Assembly: GCA_001897745.1 (NCBI GenBank)
Contig: MKUH01000019.1
Location: forward strand, 250,332-314,331
Length of the DNA: 64,000 bases
Direction of reading: 5' to 3'
From: Candidatus Accumulibacter sp. 66-26
GTDB taxonomy: Bacteria; Pseudomonadota; Gammaproteobacteria; Burkholderiales; Rhodocyclaceae
This document shows positions 18,640 to 29,741 of this stretch, one piece after another. A model generated the notes under the pieces. The model was not told the DNA's origin. It did no database searches and saw only the letters and a program-made list of their open reading frames with translations. The number at the start of each line of letters is the position of its first letter. Position 1 is the first letter of the stretch. Made by a program: the position numbers and the translations under genes.

Positions 18640-20490
18640 CTACTTCTTCAGCTGACCGAGGTCGCGCACGGCACCGGTGGCCGCCGAGGTGGTCATCAGC
18701 GCGTAGGCCTGCAGCGCCTTGGAGACGACGCGCTGGCGTGCCGCCGGCTGCCAGGCCTGCGCGCCCTTGGCGTCCATCGCGGCGCGGCGGGTCGCCAGGT
18801 CGGCATCGGAAACGGCGAGGTGGATGCGCCGGTTGGGGATATCGATCTCGATCGTGTCGCCTTCCTCGACGAGGCCGATGGCGCCGCCTTCGGCCGCTTC
18901 CGGCGAGGCATGGCCGATCGACAGGCCCGAGGTGCCGCCAGAGAAGCGGCCGTCGGTGAGCAGCGCGCAGGCTTTGCCGAGTCCTTTCGACTTCAGATAG
19001 GAAGTCGGGTAGAGCATTTCCTGCATGCCCGGGCCGCCCTTCGGGCCTTCGTAGCGGATCACCACGACGTCGCCGGCGTGCACGCTGTCGGCGAGGATCG
19101 CTTCGACCGCCGCATCCTGGCTTTCGAAGACGCGCGCACGCCCGGAAAACTTCCAGATGCTTTCGTCGACGCCGGCCGTCTTCACGATGCAGCCGTCGAG
19201 CGCGATGTTGCCGTAGAGCACGGCGAGGCCGCCGTCCAGCGAGTAGGCGTTGGCCTTGTTGCGGATGCAGCCGTGGCTGCGGTCGAGGTCGAGTTCGGGG
19301 TAGCGGCGGTTCTGCGAGAAGGCGACCTGCGTCGGCACGCCGCCGGGCGCCGCCTTGTAGAACTCGAGCACGCCGAGCGACGAAGCGCGCATCACGTCGT
19401 GCGTGTCGAGCGCATCGCCCAGCGTTTTCGCATGCACGGTCGGCAGATCGCGATGGATCAGGCCGGCGCGGTCGAGCTCGCCGAGAATGCCCATGATGCC
19501 GCCGGCGCGATGCACGTCCTCGATGTGGTACTTGTCGGTCATCGGCGCGACCTTGCACAGGCAGGGCACGTGGCGCGAGATGCGGTCGATGTCGGCCATC
19601 GTGAAGTCGACGCCGGCTTCCTGCGCGGCGGCGAGGATGTGCAGCACGGTGTTGGTCGAGCCGCCCATCGAGACGTCGAGCGTCATGGCGTTTTCAAACG
19701 CCTCGAAGGAGGCGATCGAGCGCGGCAGGACCGAGGCGTCGTCCTCCTCGTAGTAGCGGCGGCACAGTTCGACGATCTGGCGGCCGGCGCGCAGGAAGAG
19801 TTCCTTGCGGTCGGCGTGCGTCGCGACGACGGTGCCGTTGCCCGGCAGCGACAGGCCGAAGGCTTCGGTCAGGCAGTTCATCGAATTGGCGGTGAACATG
19901 CCCGAGCACGAGCCGCAGGTCGGACACGCGGAGCGCTCGATCTCGTCGAGATCGGCCTGCGAGACGCTGCTATCGACGGCCTTGACCATCGCGTCGACGA
20001 GGTCGAGGTGGATGGTCTGCCCCTGCACCTGCACCTTGCCGGCTTCCATCGGCCCGCCGGAGACGAAGATGACCGGGATGTTCACGCGCAGCGCGGCCAT
20101 CAGCATGCCCGGGGTGATCTTGTCGCAGTTCGAGATGCACACCATCGCGTCGGCGCAGTGCGCGTTGACCATGTATTCGACCGAATCGGCGATCAGGTCG
20201 CGCGAGGGCAGCGAGTAGAGCATGCCGTCGTGGCCCATGGCGATGCCGTCGTCGATGGCGATCGTGTTGAATTCCTTGGCGATGCCGCCAGCCGCCTCGA
20301 TTTCGCGCGCCACCAGCTGGCCGAGATCCTTCAGGTGCACGTGACCGGGAACGAACTGGGTGAAGGAGTTAACCACGGCGATGATCGGCTTGCCGAAATC
20401 GCCATCCTTCATGCCGGTCGCGCGCCACAGGGCGCGGGCGCCGGCCATGTTGCGGCCATGGGTCGAAGTGCGGGAGCGATACTGGGGCAT
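18640..20490 (-). CDS. ilvD: dihydroxy-acid dehydratase
   Basis: 616 aa from [26 protein letters not shown], a canonical IlvD N-terminus, plus the CDKITPG motif. Confidence 0.96.
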   Translation of the reverse strand: MPQYRSRTSTHGRNMAGARALWRATGMKDGDFGKPIIAVVNSFTQFVPGHVHLKDLGQLVAREIEAAGGIAKEFNTIAIDDGIAMGHDGMLYSLPSRDLIADSVEYMVNAHCADAMVCISNCDKITPGMLMAALRVNIPVIFVSGGPMEAGKVQVQGQTIHLDLVDAMVKAVDSSVSQADLDEIERSACPTCGSCSGMFTANSMNCLTEAFGLSLPGNGTVVATHADRKELFLRAGRQIVELCRRYYEEDDASVLPRSIASFEAFENAMTLDVSMGGSTNTVLHILAAAQEAGVDFTMADIDRISRHVPCLCKVAPMTDKYHIEDVHRAGGIMGILGELDRAGLIHRDLPTVHAKTLGDALDTHDVMRASSLGVLEFYKAAPGGVPTQVAFSQNRRYPELDLDRSHGCIRNKANAYSLDGGLAVLYGNIALDGCIVKTAGVDESIWKFSGRARVFESQDAAVEAILADSVHAGDVVVIRYEGPKGGPGMQEMLYPTSYLKSKGLGKACALLTDGRFSGGTSGLSIGHASPEAAEGGAIGLVEEGDTIEIDIPNRRIHLAVSDADLATRRAAMDAKGAQAWQPAARQRVVSKALQAYALMTTSAATGAVRDLGQLKK

Positions 20491-20562
20491 TGCGAATCTC
20501 CGTAGAACCATCCATGACTCGATGGATGCGAAACGAAAGGCGCCCCGGGCGGGCGCGGTAGA

Positions 20563-21390
20563 ATGCTGATTTTATCCGACAGGCCCGCCCCCGTGTTGGT
20601 TCATCCCCAGTTCGATCCGATCGCCCTCTCGCTCGGCCCGCTCGCCGTGCGCTGGTACGGGCTGATGTATCTCGCCGCCTTCCTGCAGTTCTGGTGGCTC
20701 GGCCGCCGCCGCATCCTGACCCATCCGCAGTGGCAGAAAGCCGGATGGACGGTGCCGCAGCTCGACGACCTGCTGTTCTACGGCGTGCTCGGCGTCGTCG
20801 TCGGCGGCCGCCTCGGGCAGGTCGTGTTCTACGAGCCCGGCTACTACCTCGCGCACCCGCTCGAAGTCCTCGCCGTCTGGAAGGGCGGCATGTCCTTTCA
20901 CGGCGGTTTCCTCGGCGTGCTCGCGGCGATGGCGCTGTACGCGCGCAAGACGCGGCGCACCTGGCTCGACATCACCGACTTCATCGCGCCGCTGGTGCCG
21001 CTCGGGCTCGCCTTCGGGCGCCTCGGCAACTTCATCAACGGCGAACTGTGGGGGCGCGTCGCCGACCCGGCGCTGCCCTGGGCGATGATCTTCCCGCACG
21101 TCGACGCCCTGCCGCGCCATCCCTCGCAGCTTTACCAGGCGGGACTCGAGGGCGTCGCGCTATTCGTCCTGCTCTGGCTCTATTCCGGGCGCGAGCGGCC
21201 GCGCGGCGCGGTGTCGGGCGTCTTCCTGATCGGCTACGGCGCCTTCCGCTTCGTCGCCGAGTATTTCCGCACCCCGGATGATGGTATCTTCGGCCTGTCG
21301 AACACCGTCAGCATGGGGCAGTGGTTGTCGCTGCCGATGATCGCTGCCGGGATCGCCTTCATCGTCTGGGCCTACCGCCGGCGCGCCTGA
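20563..21390 (+). CDS. lgt: prolipoprotein diacylglyceryl transferase
   Basis: 275-aa membrane ORF with [27 protein letters not shown] at 20593 would give the more typical MLVHPQFDP start. Confidence 0.9.
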   Translation: MLILSDRPAPVLVHPQFDPIALSLGPLAVRWYGLMYLAAFLQFWWLGRRRILTHPQWQKAGWTVPQLDDLLFYGVLGVVVGGRLGQVVFYEPGYYLAHPLEVLAVWKGGMSFHGGFLGVLAAMALYARKTRRTWLDITDFIAPLVPLGLAFGRLGNFINGELWGRVADPALPWAMIFPHVDALPRHPSQLYQAGLEGVALFVLLWLYSGRERPRGAVSGVFLIGYGAFRFVAEYFRTPDDGIFGLSNTVSMGQWLSLPMIAAGIAFIVWAYRRRA

Positions 21391-21428
21391 CCGACCGCCG
21401 GTTCGCCCGTCAAGCCAGGGAGAACACG

Positions 21429-22814
21429 ATGGCGGAAGGAATCGTCGCGCGCGGCCTGCGCCGCGTACGCAAGCTGCTCGGCGAGGACGCCCGGCGCGGC
21501 GGGCTGAACGAAACGCAGGCAGCGCGCATCCGCGCCCAGTTGCAGGAATGCGCCGCCGGACTCGGCGGCGAGGTATCCACCCGGCTGCGCGCGGCGCGCC
21601 TTGCCGACTCCTATCTGCGCCTCGACGACGCCGGGCGCGCCGCTTTCCTGCGCATCGTCGCCACCGAGTTCGGCCCCGATCCGCAGGCCGTCGACGCGGC
21701 GCATCGCGCCTATCAATCGGCGATCAGCACCGCCGGGCAGTGGGACGCCGAATCGGCGCTGCGCGCCGCGCTGCGCTCATCGCGCCTGCGCATCCTGACC
21801 CAGTTCAACGCCCTGCCGCAGGGCGTCAAGTTCCTCGTCGACCTGCGCGCCGACCTGCTGCGTTTCATTGAGCACGACCCGGCGCTGCGCTCGCTCGACC
21901 GCGAACTCGAATCGCGCCTCTCGGCCTGGTTCGACGTCGGCTTCCTCGAACTGCAGCGCATCACCTGGAACTCGCCGGCCGCGCTGCTCGAAAAGCTGAT
22001 CGAGTACGAAGCCGTGCACGCCATCGGCTCGTGGAGCGACCTCAAGAACCGGCTCGACTCGGACCGGCGCTGCTACGCCTTTTTCCACCCGCGCATGCCG
22101 ATGGAGCCGCTGATCTTCGTCGAGGTCGCGCTCACCGACCATCTCGCCGACAGCGTGCAGGCGCTGCTCGACGAGCACGCGCCGGTATTCGACGCACGGC
22201 GTGCCACGACGGCGATCTTCTACTCGATCTCGAACACGCAGAGCGGCCTGCGCGGCGTTTCCTTCGGCAACTTCCTGCTCAAGCGCGTGATCGACGACCT
22301 CAAGCGCGACTATCCGCGTCTCGCCACCTTCGCCACGCTGTCGCCGCTGCCGAGCCTGCGCCGCTGGGCCGAGAAGCATCCGGAGGAATGGGGACACGCC
22401 TTTCCCGCCGGAGAGCTTGAACGTATCGCACGCTACTGCGCGCAGGCCGAAACCCCGGTGCGCAGCGCCGACGACGTCCGCCTGCTGCTCGCTGGCGAAG
22501 GCTGGCAGACCGACGCCCGCCTCGCACGCGCCCTGCAGCCGGGCCTGATGCGGCTGGCCGCACGCTACCTGCTGAGCGCCAAGGCCGGCGAGCGCCCCTA
22601 CGATCCGGTGGCGCGCTTCCACCTCGGCAACGGCGCCCGCGTCGAACGCCTCAATCCGCTCGCCGACACCGCGCCGCGCGGCCTGCAGCAATCCTACGGA
22701 CTGATGGTCAACTACCTCTACGACCCGGACGCCATCGAGACCAACGTCGAAGCCTTTTCGCGCGAGGGAACGGTCGCCTGCACGGCGGCAATCCGCCGTG
22801 CGGCGCGCGACTGA
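21429..22814 (+). CDS. malonyl-CoA decarboxylase
   Basis: 461 aa from MAEGIV. The MCD-family segment is [24 protein letters not shown]...ATLSPLP. Confidence 0.85.
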   Translation: MAEGIVARGLRRVRKLLGEDARRGGLNETQAARIRAQLQECAAGLGGEVSTRLRAARLADSYLRLDDAGRAAFLRIVATEFGPDPQAVDAAHRAYQSAISTAGQWDAESALRAALRSSRLRILTQFNALPQGVKFLVDLRADLLRFIEHDPALRSLDRELESRLSAWFDVGFLELQRITWNSPAALLEKLIEYEAVHAIGSWSDLKNRLDSDRRCYAFFHPRMPMEPLIFVEVALTDHLADSVQALLDEHAPVFDARRATTAIFYSISNTQSGLRGVSFGNFLLKRVIDDLKRDYPRLATFATLSPLPSLRRWAEKHPEEWGHAFPAGELERIARYCAQAETPVRSADDVRLLLAGEGWQTDARLARALQPGLMRLAARYLLSAKAGERPYDPVARFHLGNGARVERLNPLADTAPRGLQQSYGLMVNYLYDPDAIETNVEAFSREGTVACTAAIRRAARD

Positions 22815-22830
22815 GCACGGCGGAACTCTC

Positions 22831-22860
22831 TATAATTATGAATTTTCAATGCAAGGAATT
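22831..22860 (+). promoter_or_regulatory. TATAAT box plus an AT-rich motif shared with the mcm/gntR intergenic region
   Basis: TATAATTATGAATTTTCAATGCAAGG lies directly upstream of the VOC gene. ATAATTATGAAT and AATGCAAGG recur at 32040-32057. Confidence 0.45.
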
Positions 22861-22863
22861 CCC

Positions 22864-23337
22864 ATGAGCCAGCGCCCGTTCAAAGTCCTCGGTATCCAGC
22901 AGATCGCCATCGGCGGTCCCGACAAGATGAAGCTGCGCCAGCTCTGGGTCGACATGCTCGGCCTCGAGATCACCGGCAACTTCGTCAGCGAACGCGAGAA
23001 CGTCGACGAGGACATCACGGCGATGGGCAAGGGCCCGTTCAAGGTCGAAGTCGACCTGATGCAGCCGCTCGACCCGGAGAAAAAACCGGCCGTGCACGCG
23101 ACGCCGCTCAACCACGTCGGACTCTGGATCGACGATCTGCCGCGCGCGGTCGAATGGCTCACCGCGCAGGGCGTGCGCTTCGCGCCGGGCGGCATCCGCA
23201 AGGGCGCCGCCGGTTTCGACATCACCTTCCTGCACCCGAAGTCGAACGACGAGTTCCCGATCGCCGGCGAAGGCGTCCTGATCGAACTCGTGCAGGCGCC
23301 GCCGGAGGTGGTCGACGCCTTCGCGCGTCTCGCCTAG
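22864..23337 (+). CDS. VOC (glyoxalase/dioxygenase fold) protein, methylmalonyl-CoA epimerase-like
   Basis: 157 aa from MSQRPFKV with paired beta-alpha-beta-beta-beta style repeats (IQQIAIG...[10 protein letters not shown]). The genomic context is pcc and mcm genes. Confidence 0.7.
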   Translation: MSQRPFKVLGIQQIAIGGPDKMKLRQLWVDMLGLEITGNFVSERENVDEDITAMGKGPFKVEVDLMQPLDPEKKPAVHATPLNHVGLWIDDLPRAVEWLTAQGVRFAPGGIRKGAAGFDITFLHPKSNDEFPIAGEGVLIELVQAPPEVVDAFARLA

Positions 23338-23390
23338 AAAGAGCGCAGCCAGCCGCCGCCGAGCGGCACCGCAGCACCGGAGGAGACGGC

Positions 23391-24983
23391 ATGACCTGGT
23401 TTTCCTTACCGCCCACGCAGGGCGCCAACACGGCGGCCTTCGCCAACGCGGACAGCGCCGGCGACTGGCTGACGCGCCAGCCGCAAGCCAACGCGCCGGC
23501 CATGCAGGCCGAACTGGCGCAGCAGATCGGCCGCCTCAACGCGTATGCGATGCCGGCGCGCGAGCGCTTCAAGACGCTGGAGGTCCTGCGCAAGACGCTG
23601 TTCGCGGTCGCCGCCGAATGCCAGCGCCGCTACGAGAAGCGCCCGCTGCCGCTGGCGGGCGGCGAGCAGGCGGCGCTCGATACCGCGCGCGACCTCTGGC
23701 GAGCGTGCGCCGTCGGCTACCTGCACTGCCTGCGCGCCGTCCTCGACGGCGATCCCACGCTCGCCGGCCAGGGCGCCCGCGTCGCGCACCGTGCCCTGGC
23801 CAGCCTGCGCATGGAGCAGGCGAGCTGCTACGCGGGCGGCCTCGAGCCCGACGCCGGATTCTGGCGCACGCTGCACGCTGTGTTGGCGGCGGCCGAGCGG
23901 CTGGACTGCGTGCGCCTCCCGGTCGCCGACCGCCTGCTCGGCGAAACGGCCGAATCGACCGTCGGCGCCCAGTACGCCATGGCGCTGCTGCTGCACCTGG
24001 CGCGCCCGTTCGCGCTGTCGCGCGGCCAGTTGAGCGCGGCAACCCGCTGGTTCGCGCGCTGGCGCGAACAGGCGGCGGTGCTCGCGGCGCCCGACGATCC
24101 GCGCCCGGGACACTGCGTCGCGCTCGACCTCGCCCTGGACGCCCCGACGCACCAGGGACCGGGAGCCGCCGCCGAACCGCGCTGGCTGGCGTTGAGCGGC
24201 GTCCTGCGCAAGATGCGCCAGCGCCTGGAGGCGCTCGCCGCAAGCGATACGCCGGAGAGCCTCAAGCTCGGCGGCGGACTGTCGGCCGAAGCCTGCACCG
24301 GGCTGCTGAAGACCCTGGCGGAAAACCTGAAGCTGCCGCCGGCGCCGCTCGCCACGGCCGGCACGGACGCCCCCGCCGCCGCTCTGCTCAGCGGCCTCGA
24401 CCATATTTACCGGCAGCTCGGCGGCAAGAGCCTGAAGGCGCTCGACGACGCCAGCCTGTTGCGCGATCGGCGGGCGCACGAGCAGATCGCCCTCTTCGGC
24501 CACGTCGTGCGTACCGACGAAGAAGATGCGGCGCAGGGCGAAACCTGGCGGATCGCCGCCAGCGCGGGACGGACGCTGCATCTTTGCCGCACGGCCGGCA
24601 GCGGCGAGGCACGCCTGAGTCCGCGCGCGCTGATCGGCCTGCGCCTGCCGGGACAGGCGCGCTACGCGCTGGCCCGCATCGCCAGCCTGCGCATGGACGG
24701 CGAGGGCACGCTGCACGCCTTCGCGCAACAGCTGCCCGGCGCCGCGCAACCCATCGTCGCCGAGGTGCGCGAGCGGGTCAGCGGCCGCAACGAACGCCAT
24801 CCGGCCTTTCTGCTGCCGGCGCTCGACGCCGTCGGCAGTCCCGCCCAGGTGCTGCTTGCCGCCGGCCTGCCGGCGCGCGCGCAGACGATCAGCCTGCTTG
24901 CGGAAGACGGAGGGGCGCTCCGCCTCGACTACTGCGCCGAACGCGGCAGCGACTACGAGCGCTGGGTTTGCCGCCCCGCCTGA
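23391..24983 (+). CDS. hypothetical protein, 530 aa, no recognisable domain
   Basis: The ATG is preceded by GGAGGAGA. It is a long ORF in a sensible frame, with a helical-looking N-terminal half and a C-terminal region of about 110 aa with alternating polarity. Confidence 0.8.
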   Translation: MTWFSLPPTQGANTAAFANADSAGDWLTRQPQANAPAMQAELAQQIGRLNAYAMPARERFKTLEVLRKTLFAVAAECQRRYEKRPLPLAGGEQAALDTARDLWRACAVGYLHCLRAVLDGDPTLAGQGARVAHRALASLRMEQASCYAGGLEPDAGFWRTLHAVLAAAERLDCVRLPVADRLLGETAESTVGAQYAMALLLHLARPFALSRGQLSAATRWFARWREQAAVLAAPDDPRPGHCVALDLALDAPTHQGPGAAAEPRWLALSGVLRKMRQRLEALAASDTPESLKLGGGLSAEACTGLLKTLAENLKLPPAPLATAGTDAPAAALLSGLDHIYRQLGGKSLKALDDASLLRDRRAHEQIALFGHVVRTDEEDAAQGETWRIAASAGRTLHLCRTAGSGEARLSPRALIGLRLPGQARYALARIASLRMDGEGTLHAFAQQLPGAAQPIVAEVRERVSGRNERHPAFLLPALDAVGSPAQVLLAAGLPARAQTISLLAEDGGALRLDYCAERGSDYERWVCRPA

Positions 24984-24988
24984 AATGC

Positions 24989-25012
24989 AAAAGGCCCGCC
25001 TTGCGGCGGGCC
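24989..25012. terminator. bidirectional hairpin terminator between convergent genes
   Basis: AAAA-ggcccgcc-ttgc-ggcgggcc-TT. The minus-strand reading gives an 8-bp GC stem followed by UUUU. Confidence 0.7.
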
Positions 25013-25029
25013 TTGGCGCGGCGTCGAGA

Positions 25030-25092
25030 ACGCCGATTCAACGCCGATTCAACGCCGACCCGGCGCCCAATCGGACGCCGAACCGACGCCAA
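25030..25092. repeat. short direct-repeat array (ACGCCGA heptamers, two full 11-nt units)
   Basis: acgccgattca appears twice in tandem, with further ACGCCGA copies at 25052 and 25075 and ACGCCAA at 25086. The array lies between the pccA stop and the terminator. Confidence 0.6.
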
Positions 25093-25101
25093 CCCTGACG
25101 C

Positions 25102-27093
25102 TTATTCGAACTCGATGATCACCTGATCGACCGACAGGCTTTCGCCGGGCTTGGCGACCAGCTTCTTGACCTTGCAGTCCTGCTCGGCCTTGAGGATGTT
25201 TTCCATCTTCATGGCTTCGATCACCGCCAGCTTCTCACCGGCCTTCACTTCCTGCCCCTCCGTCACCGCCAGTTCGCGCAGCAGGCCGGGCATCGGCGAG
25301 AGCAGGAACTTGGAGAGGTCGGGCGGCGCCTTCTCGGGCATCAGCGCCAGCAGTTCGGCGGCGTGCGCGGTGAGCACCGTGAGATCGACCTGCGCGCCCC
25401 AATGGAAGAGACGGTACTTCATGCCGCGGCGCTCCAGTTGCAGCGTGAACTTCTCGCCGTTGCAGGTGCCGTGCAGGAGCGGCTCGCCGAGACGCCAGTC
25501 GGACAGGATTTCGAACTTCCCGCCGTTGTATTCGACGAGGTAGCCGCGTGCGATCGGCGTCGCCCGCACTTCGTGGCGCTCCTTGCCTCTGAGCACCACC
25601 CAGTCGTCGCCGACCTTGCGCTCGTGGCCGGCGAGCTGGCCGGAGACGCGCGCGGCGCGGTCGAGGTAGCTGCGATGCACGAAGGCGGCCACCGAGATAA
25701 GCAGCGCCGGATCGTCGTGCGGCACCATCGAGGCGTCGAAGCCCTGCGGATACTCCTCGGCGATGAAGCCGGTGTTGAAGGAACCCGAACAGAAGCGCGG
25801 GTGCTGCATGAGCGCCGCCTGGAACGGGATGTTCGAGCTGATGCCGCGGATCACGAAGGCGTTCAGCGCGTCGCGCATGCGGGCAATCGCCTGGTCGCGC
25901 GTCGGCGCATGCACGATCAGCTTGGCGATCATCGAATCGTAGAACATCGAGATCTCGCCGCCGTCGTAGACGCCGGTATCGACGCGCACCTGTCCGTCGA
26001 TTTCCTGCGGCGGATTGAAGCGCACGAGGCGACCGGTCGACGGCAGGAAGCCGCGGAACGGGTCTTCGGCGTTGATCCGGCACTCCATCGCCCAGCCGTT
26101 GATCTTGACGTCGGCCTGCGCGAGCGGCAGCTTCTCGCCGTAGGCGACGCGGATCATCTGTTCGACGAGGTCGAGGCCGGTGATCAGTTCGGTGACCGGA
26201 TGCTCGACCTGCAGGCGGGTGTTCATTTCCAGGAAGTAGAACTCCTTGGTCGCGCCGGAGACGACGAACTCGACCGTACCGGCCGATTCGTAATTCACGG
26301 CACGCGCCAGCGCCACGGCCTGCTCGCCCATCGCCTTGCGCATCTCGGGATCGACGAAGGGGCTCGGCGCTTCCTCGACGACCTTCTGGTGGCGGCGCTG
26401 GATCGAGCAGTCGCGCTCGTTCAGGTACACGTAATTGCCGTGCGAATCGCCGAGCACCTGGATTTCGATGTGGCGCGGCTCGAGCACGTACTTCTCGATG
26501 AAGACGCGGTCATCGCCGAAGGAGTTGCGCGCTTCGTTGACGCAGGAAGCGAAGCCCTCGTGCGCTTCGGCGTCGTTGTAGGCGACGCGCAGACCCTTGC
26601 CGCCGCCGCCGGCGGAGGCCTTGATCATCACCGGATAGCCGATCTTCTGCGCGATCTTGACCGCTTCGTCCGGACCGGCGATGGCGTCGTTGTAGCCGGG
26701 GATGGTGTTGACCTTGGCTTCGATGGCCAGCTTCTTGGACTCGATCTTGTCGCCCATCTTGGCGATGGAGTAGTGCTTCGGACCGATGAACTTGACGCCC
26801 TCCGCTTCCAGACGACGCGAGAACTCGGCGTTTTCCGACAGGAAGCCGTAACCGGGGTGCACCGCTTCAGCGCCAGTCTGCTTGCAGGCGGCGATGATCT
26901 TGTCGGCGACCAGGTAGGACTCTTTCGAGGCGGCCGGCCCGATACAGACGGCTTCATCGGCCATGTCGACGAACAAGGCGTCCTTGTCGGCCTCGGAATA
27001 GACGGCGACCGTCTTGATGCCCATCTTGCGGGCGGTCTTGATGACGCGGCAGGCGATCTCGCCGCGGTTGGCAATCAGAATCTTCTTGAACAT
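25102..27093 (-). CDS. pccA: propionyl-CoA carboxylase alpha subunit (biotin carboxylase + BCCP)
   Basis: 663 aa with an ATP-grasp biotin carboxylase N-terminus (MFKKILIANRGEIACRVI) and a C-terminal biotinyl motif (EAMKMEN). Confidence 0.92.
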   Translation of the reverse strand: MFKKILIANRGEIACRVIKTARKMGIKTVAVYSEADKDALFVDMADEAVCIGPAASKESYLVADKIIAACKQTGAEAVHPGYGFLSENAEFSRRLEAEGVKFIGPKHYSIAKMGDKIESKKLAIEAKVNTIPGYNDAIAGPDEAVKIAQKIGYPVMIKASAGGGGKGLRVAYNDAEAHEGFASCVNEARNSFGDDRVFIEKYVLEPRHIEIQVLGDSHGNYVYLNERDCSIQRRHQKVVEEAPSPFVDPEMRKAMGEQAVALARAVNYESAGTVEFVVSGATKEFYFLEMNTRLQVEHPVTELITGLDLVEQMIRVAYGEKLPLAQADVKINGWAMECRINAEDPFRGFLPSTGRLVRFNPPQEIDGQVRVDTGVYDGGEISMFYDSMIAKLIVHAPTRDQAIARMRDALNAFVIRGISSNIPFQAALMQHPRFCSGSFNTGFIAEEYPQGFDASMVPHDDPALLISVAAFVHRSYLDRAARVSGQLAGHERKVGDDWVVLRGKERHEVRATPIARGYLVEYNGGKFEILSDWRLGEPLLHGTCNGEKFTLQLERRGMKYRLFHWGAQVDLTVLTAHAAELLALMPEKAPPDLSKFLLSPMPGLLRELAVTEGQEVKAGEKLAVIEAMKMENILKAEQDCKVKKLVAKPGESLSVDQVIIEFE

Positions 27094-27114
27094 TTTTCGT
27101 AGTCCTCCCGGCGC

Positions 27115-28647
<1,533 letters not shown>

Positions 28648-28711
28648 AAGGTCTACTCCTCTTTTGTCCCGGTTCGGGTCGGGTGATTCAAAACGTCAGC
28701 GATTCTTTGAT

Positions 28712-29719
28712 TTACGGATGCTTCAGCGCGGCGAGCAGGCGATGGGCCGCCGCGCCCGGCGTCGTGCGGCCGTCGGCGACGGCGGCGCTCAGCTCGGGAA
28801 GGCTGGCGCGCACCGCCGGATGCTGGCGGAAATACTGGCGCAGGCCGGAATCGATCAGGCTCCACATCCAGTCGAGCGACTGGCGGCGGCGGCGCGCGTC
28901 GAACTCGCCGGTCGGCGTCAGCGCGGCGCGGTAGCGCTCGACCTCGTCCCAGAAACCGGCGATGCCCTCCTTGTGCAGGGCGGACAGGGTGATCACCGGC
29001 GGCGCCCAGTTCGGGCTCGCCGGGCGCAGCATGTGCAGGGCGTTCTTCCACTGCGCGCGGACGACCTGCGCGGCGCGCGGATCGATGTCGGCCTTGTTGA
29101 TGACGACGAGGTCGGCGATCTCGACGATGCCCTTCTTGATCGCCTGCAGATCGTCGCCGGCGTTCGGCAGCTGCAGCAGGCAGAACATGTCGACCATGCC
29201 GGCGACCGCCGTTTCGCTCTGCCCGACGCCGACCGTCTCGACGATGATCACGTCGTAGCCGGCGGCCTCGCAGGCGAGCATGGCCTCGCGCGTCTTTTCG
29301 GCGACGCCGCCGAGCGAACCGGCCGACGGACTCGGGCGGATGAAGGCTTCCTCGCGCTGGCAAAGCTGCTCCATGCGCGTCTTGTCGCCGAGGATGGAGC
29401 CGCCGGAAACCGTCGACGACGGATCGACGGCGAGCACGGCGAGGCGCTTGCCCTGATCGATCAGCCAGGTGCCGAGGGCTTCGATGAAGGTCGATTTGCC
29501 GGCGCCGGGAACGCCCGAGATGCCGATGCGGACGGCGCGCCCGGTATGCGGCAGCAGGGCGTTCAGCACCTGCTGCGCGCGCTGCTGATGGTCGGGGCGC
29601 GTCGACTCGATCAGGGTGATCGTCTTGGCCAGCGCCCGGCGCTGCGCCGGGCCGCGCGCGAGGACGCCGTCGACCAGCTGCTGATCGACGCCGGGCAGCC
29701 CGCCGTTCGCCATGTCCAT
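28712..29719 (-). CDS. meaB: methylmalonyl-CoA mutase-associated GTPase MeaB/ArgK
   Basis: P-loop GVPGAGKST and NKAD motif. I list the first ATG at 29719; TTG at 29731 and ATG at 29713 are alternatives. Confidence 0.9.
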   Translation of the reverse strand: MDMANGGLPGVDQQLVDGVLARGPAQRRALAKTITLIESTRPDHQQRAQQVLNALLPHTGRAVRIGISGVPGAGKSTFIEALGTWLIDQGKRLAVLAVDPSSTVSGGSILGDKTRMEQLCQREEAFIRPSPSAGSLGGVAEKTREAMLACEAAGYDVIIVETVGVGQSETAVAGMVDMFCLLQLPNAGDDLQAIKKGIVEIADLVVINKADIDPRAAQVVRAQWKNALHMLRPASPNWAPPVITLSALHKEGIAGFWDEVERYRAALTPTGEFDARRRRQSLDWMWSLIDSGLRQYFRQHPAVRASLPELSAAVADGRTTPGAAAHRLLAALKHP

Positions 29720-29741
29720 CACGTCAGCCAAAGGCCGTCGC

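Noticed and set aside
22838-22867. A nine-codon mini-ORF (MNFQCKEFP) whose stop overlaps the VOC gene ATG (ATGA). It could be a leader peptide.
   Set aside because: It has no Shine-Dalgarno sequence. Its ATG lies 2 nt after the TATAAT box, upstream of the likely TSS. The same ATGAAT in the second motif copy is in a different coding context, so the shared sequence is better explained as a DNA-level element.
24600-24983. A C-terminal PilZ (c-di-GMP binding) domain in the 530-aa unknown protein.
   Set aside because: The segment LLRDRRAHEQ does not fit RxxxR spacing, and no D/N-x-S-x-x-G motif follows at the expected distance. Only a vague beta-rich pattern remains, so I make no call without a profile search.
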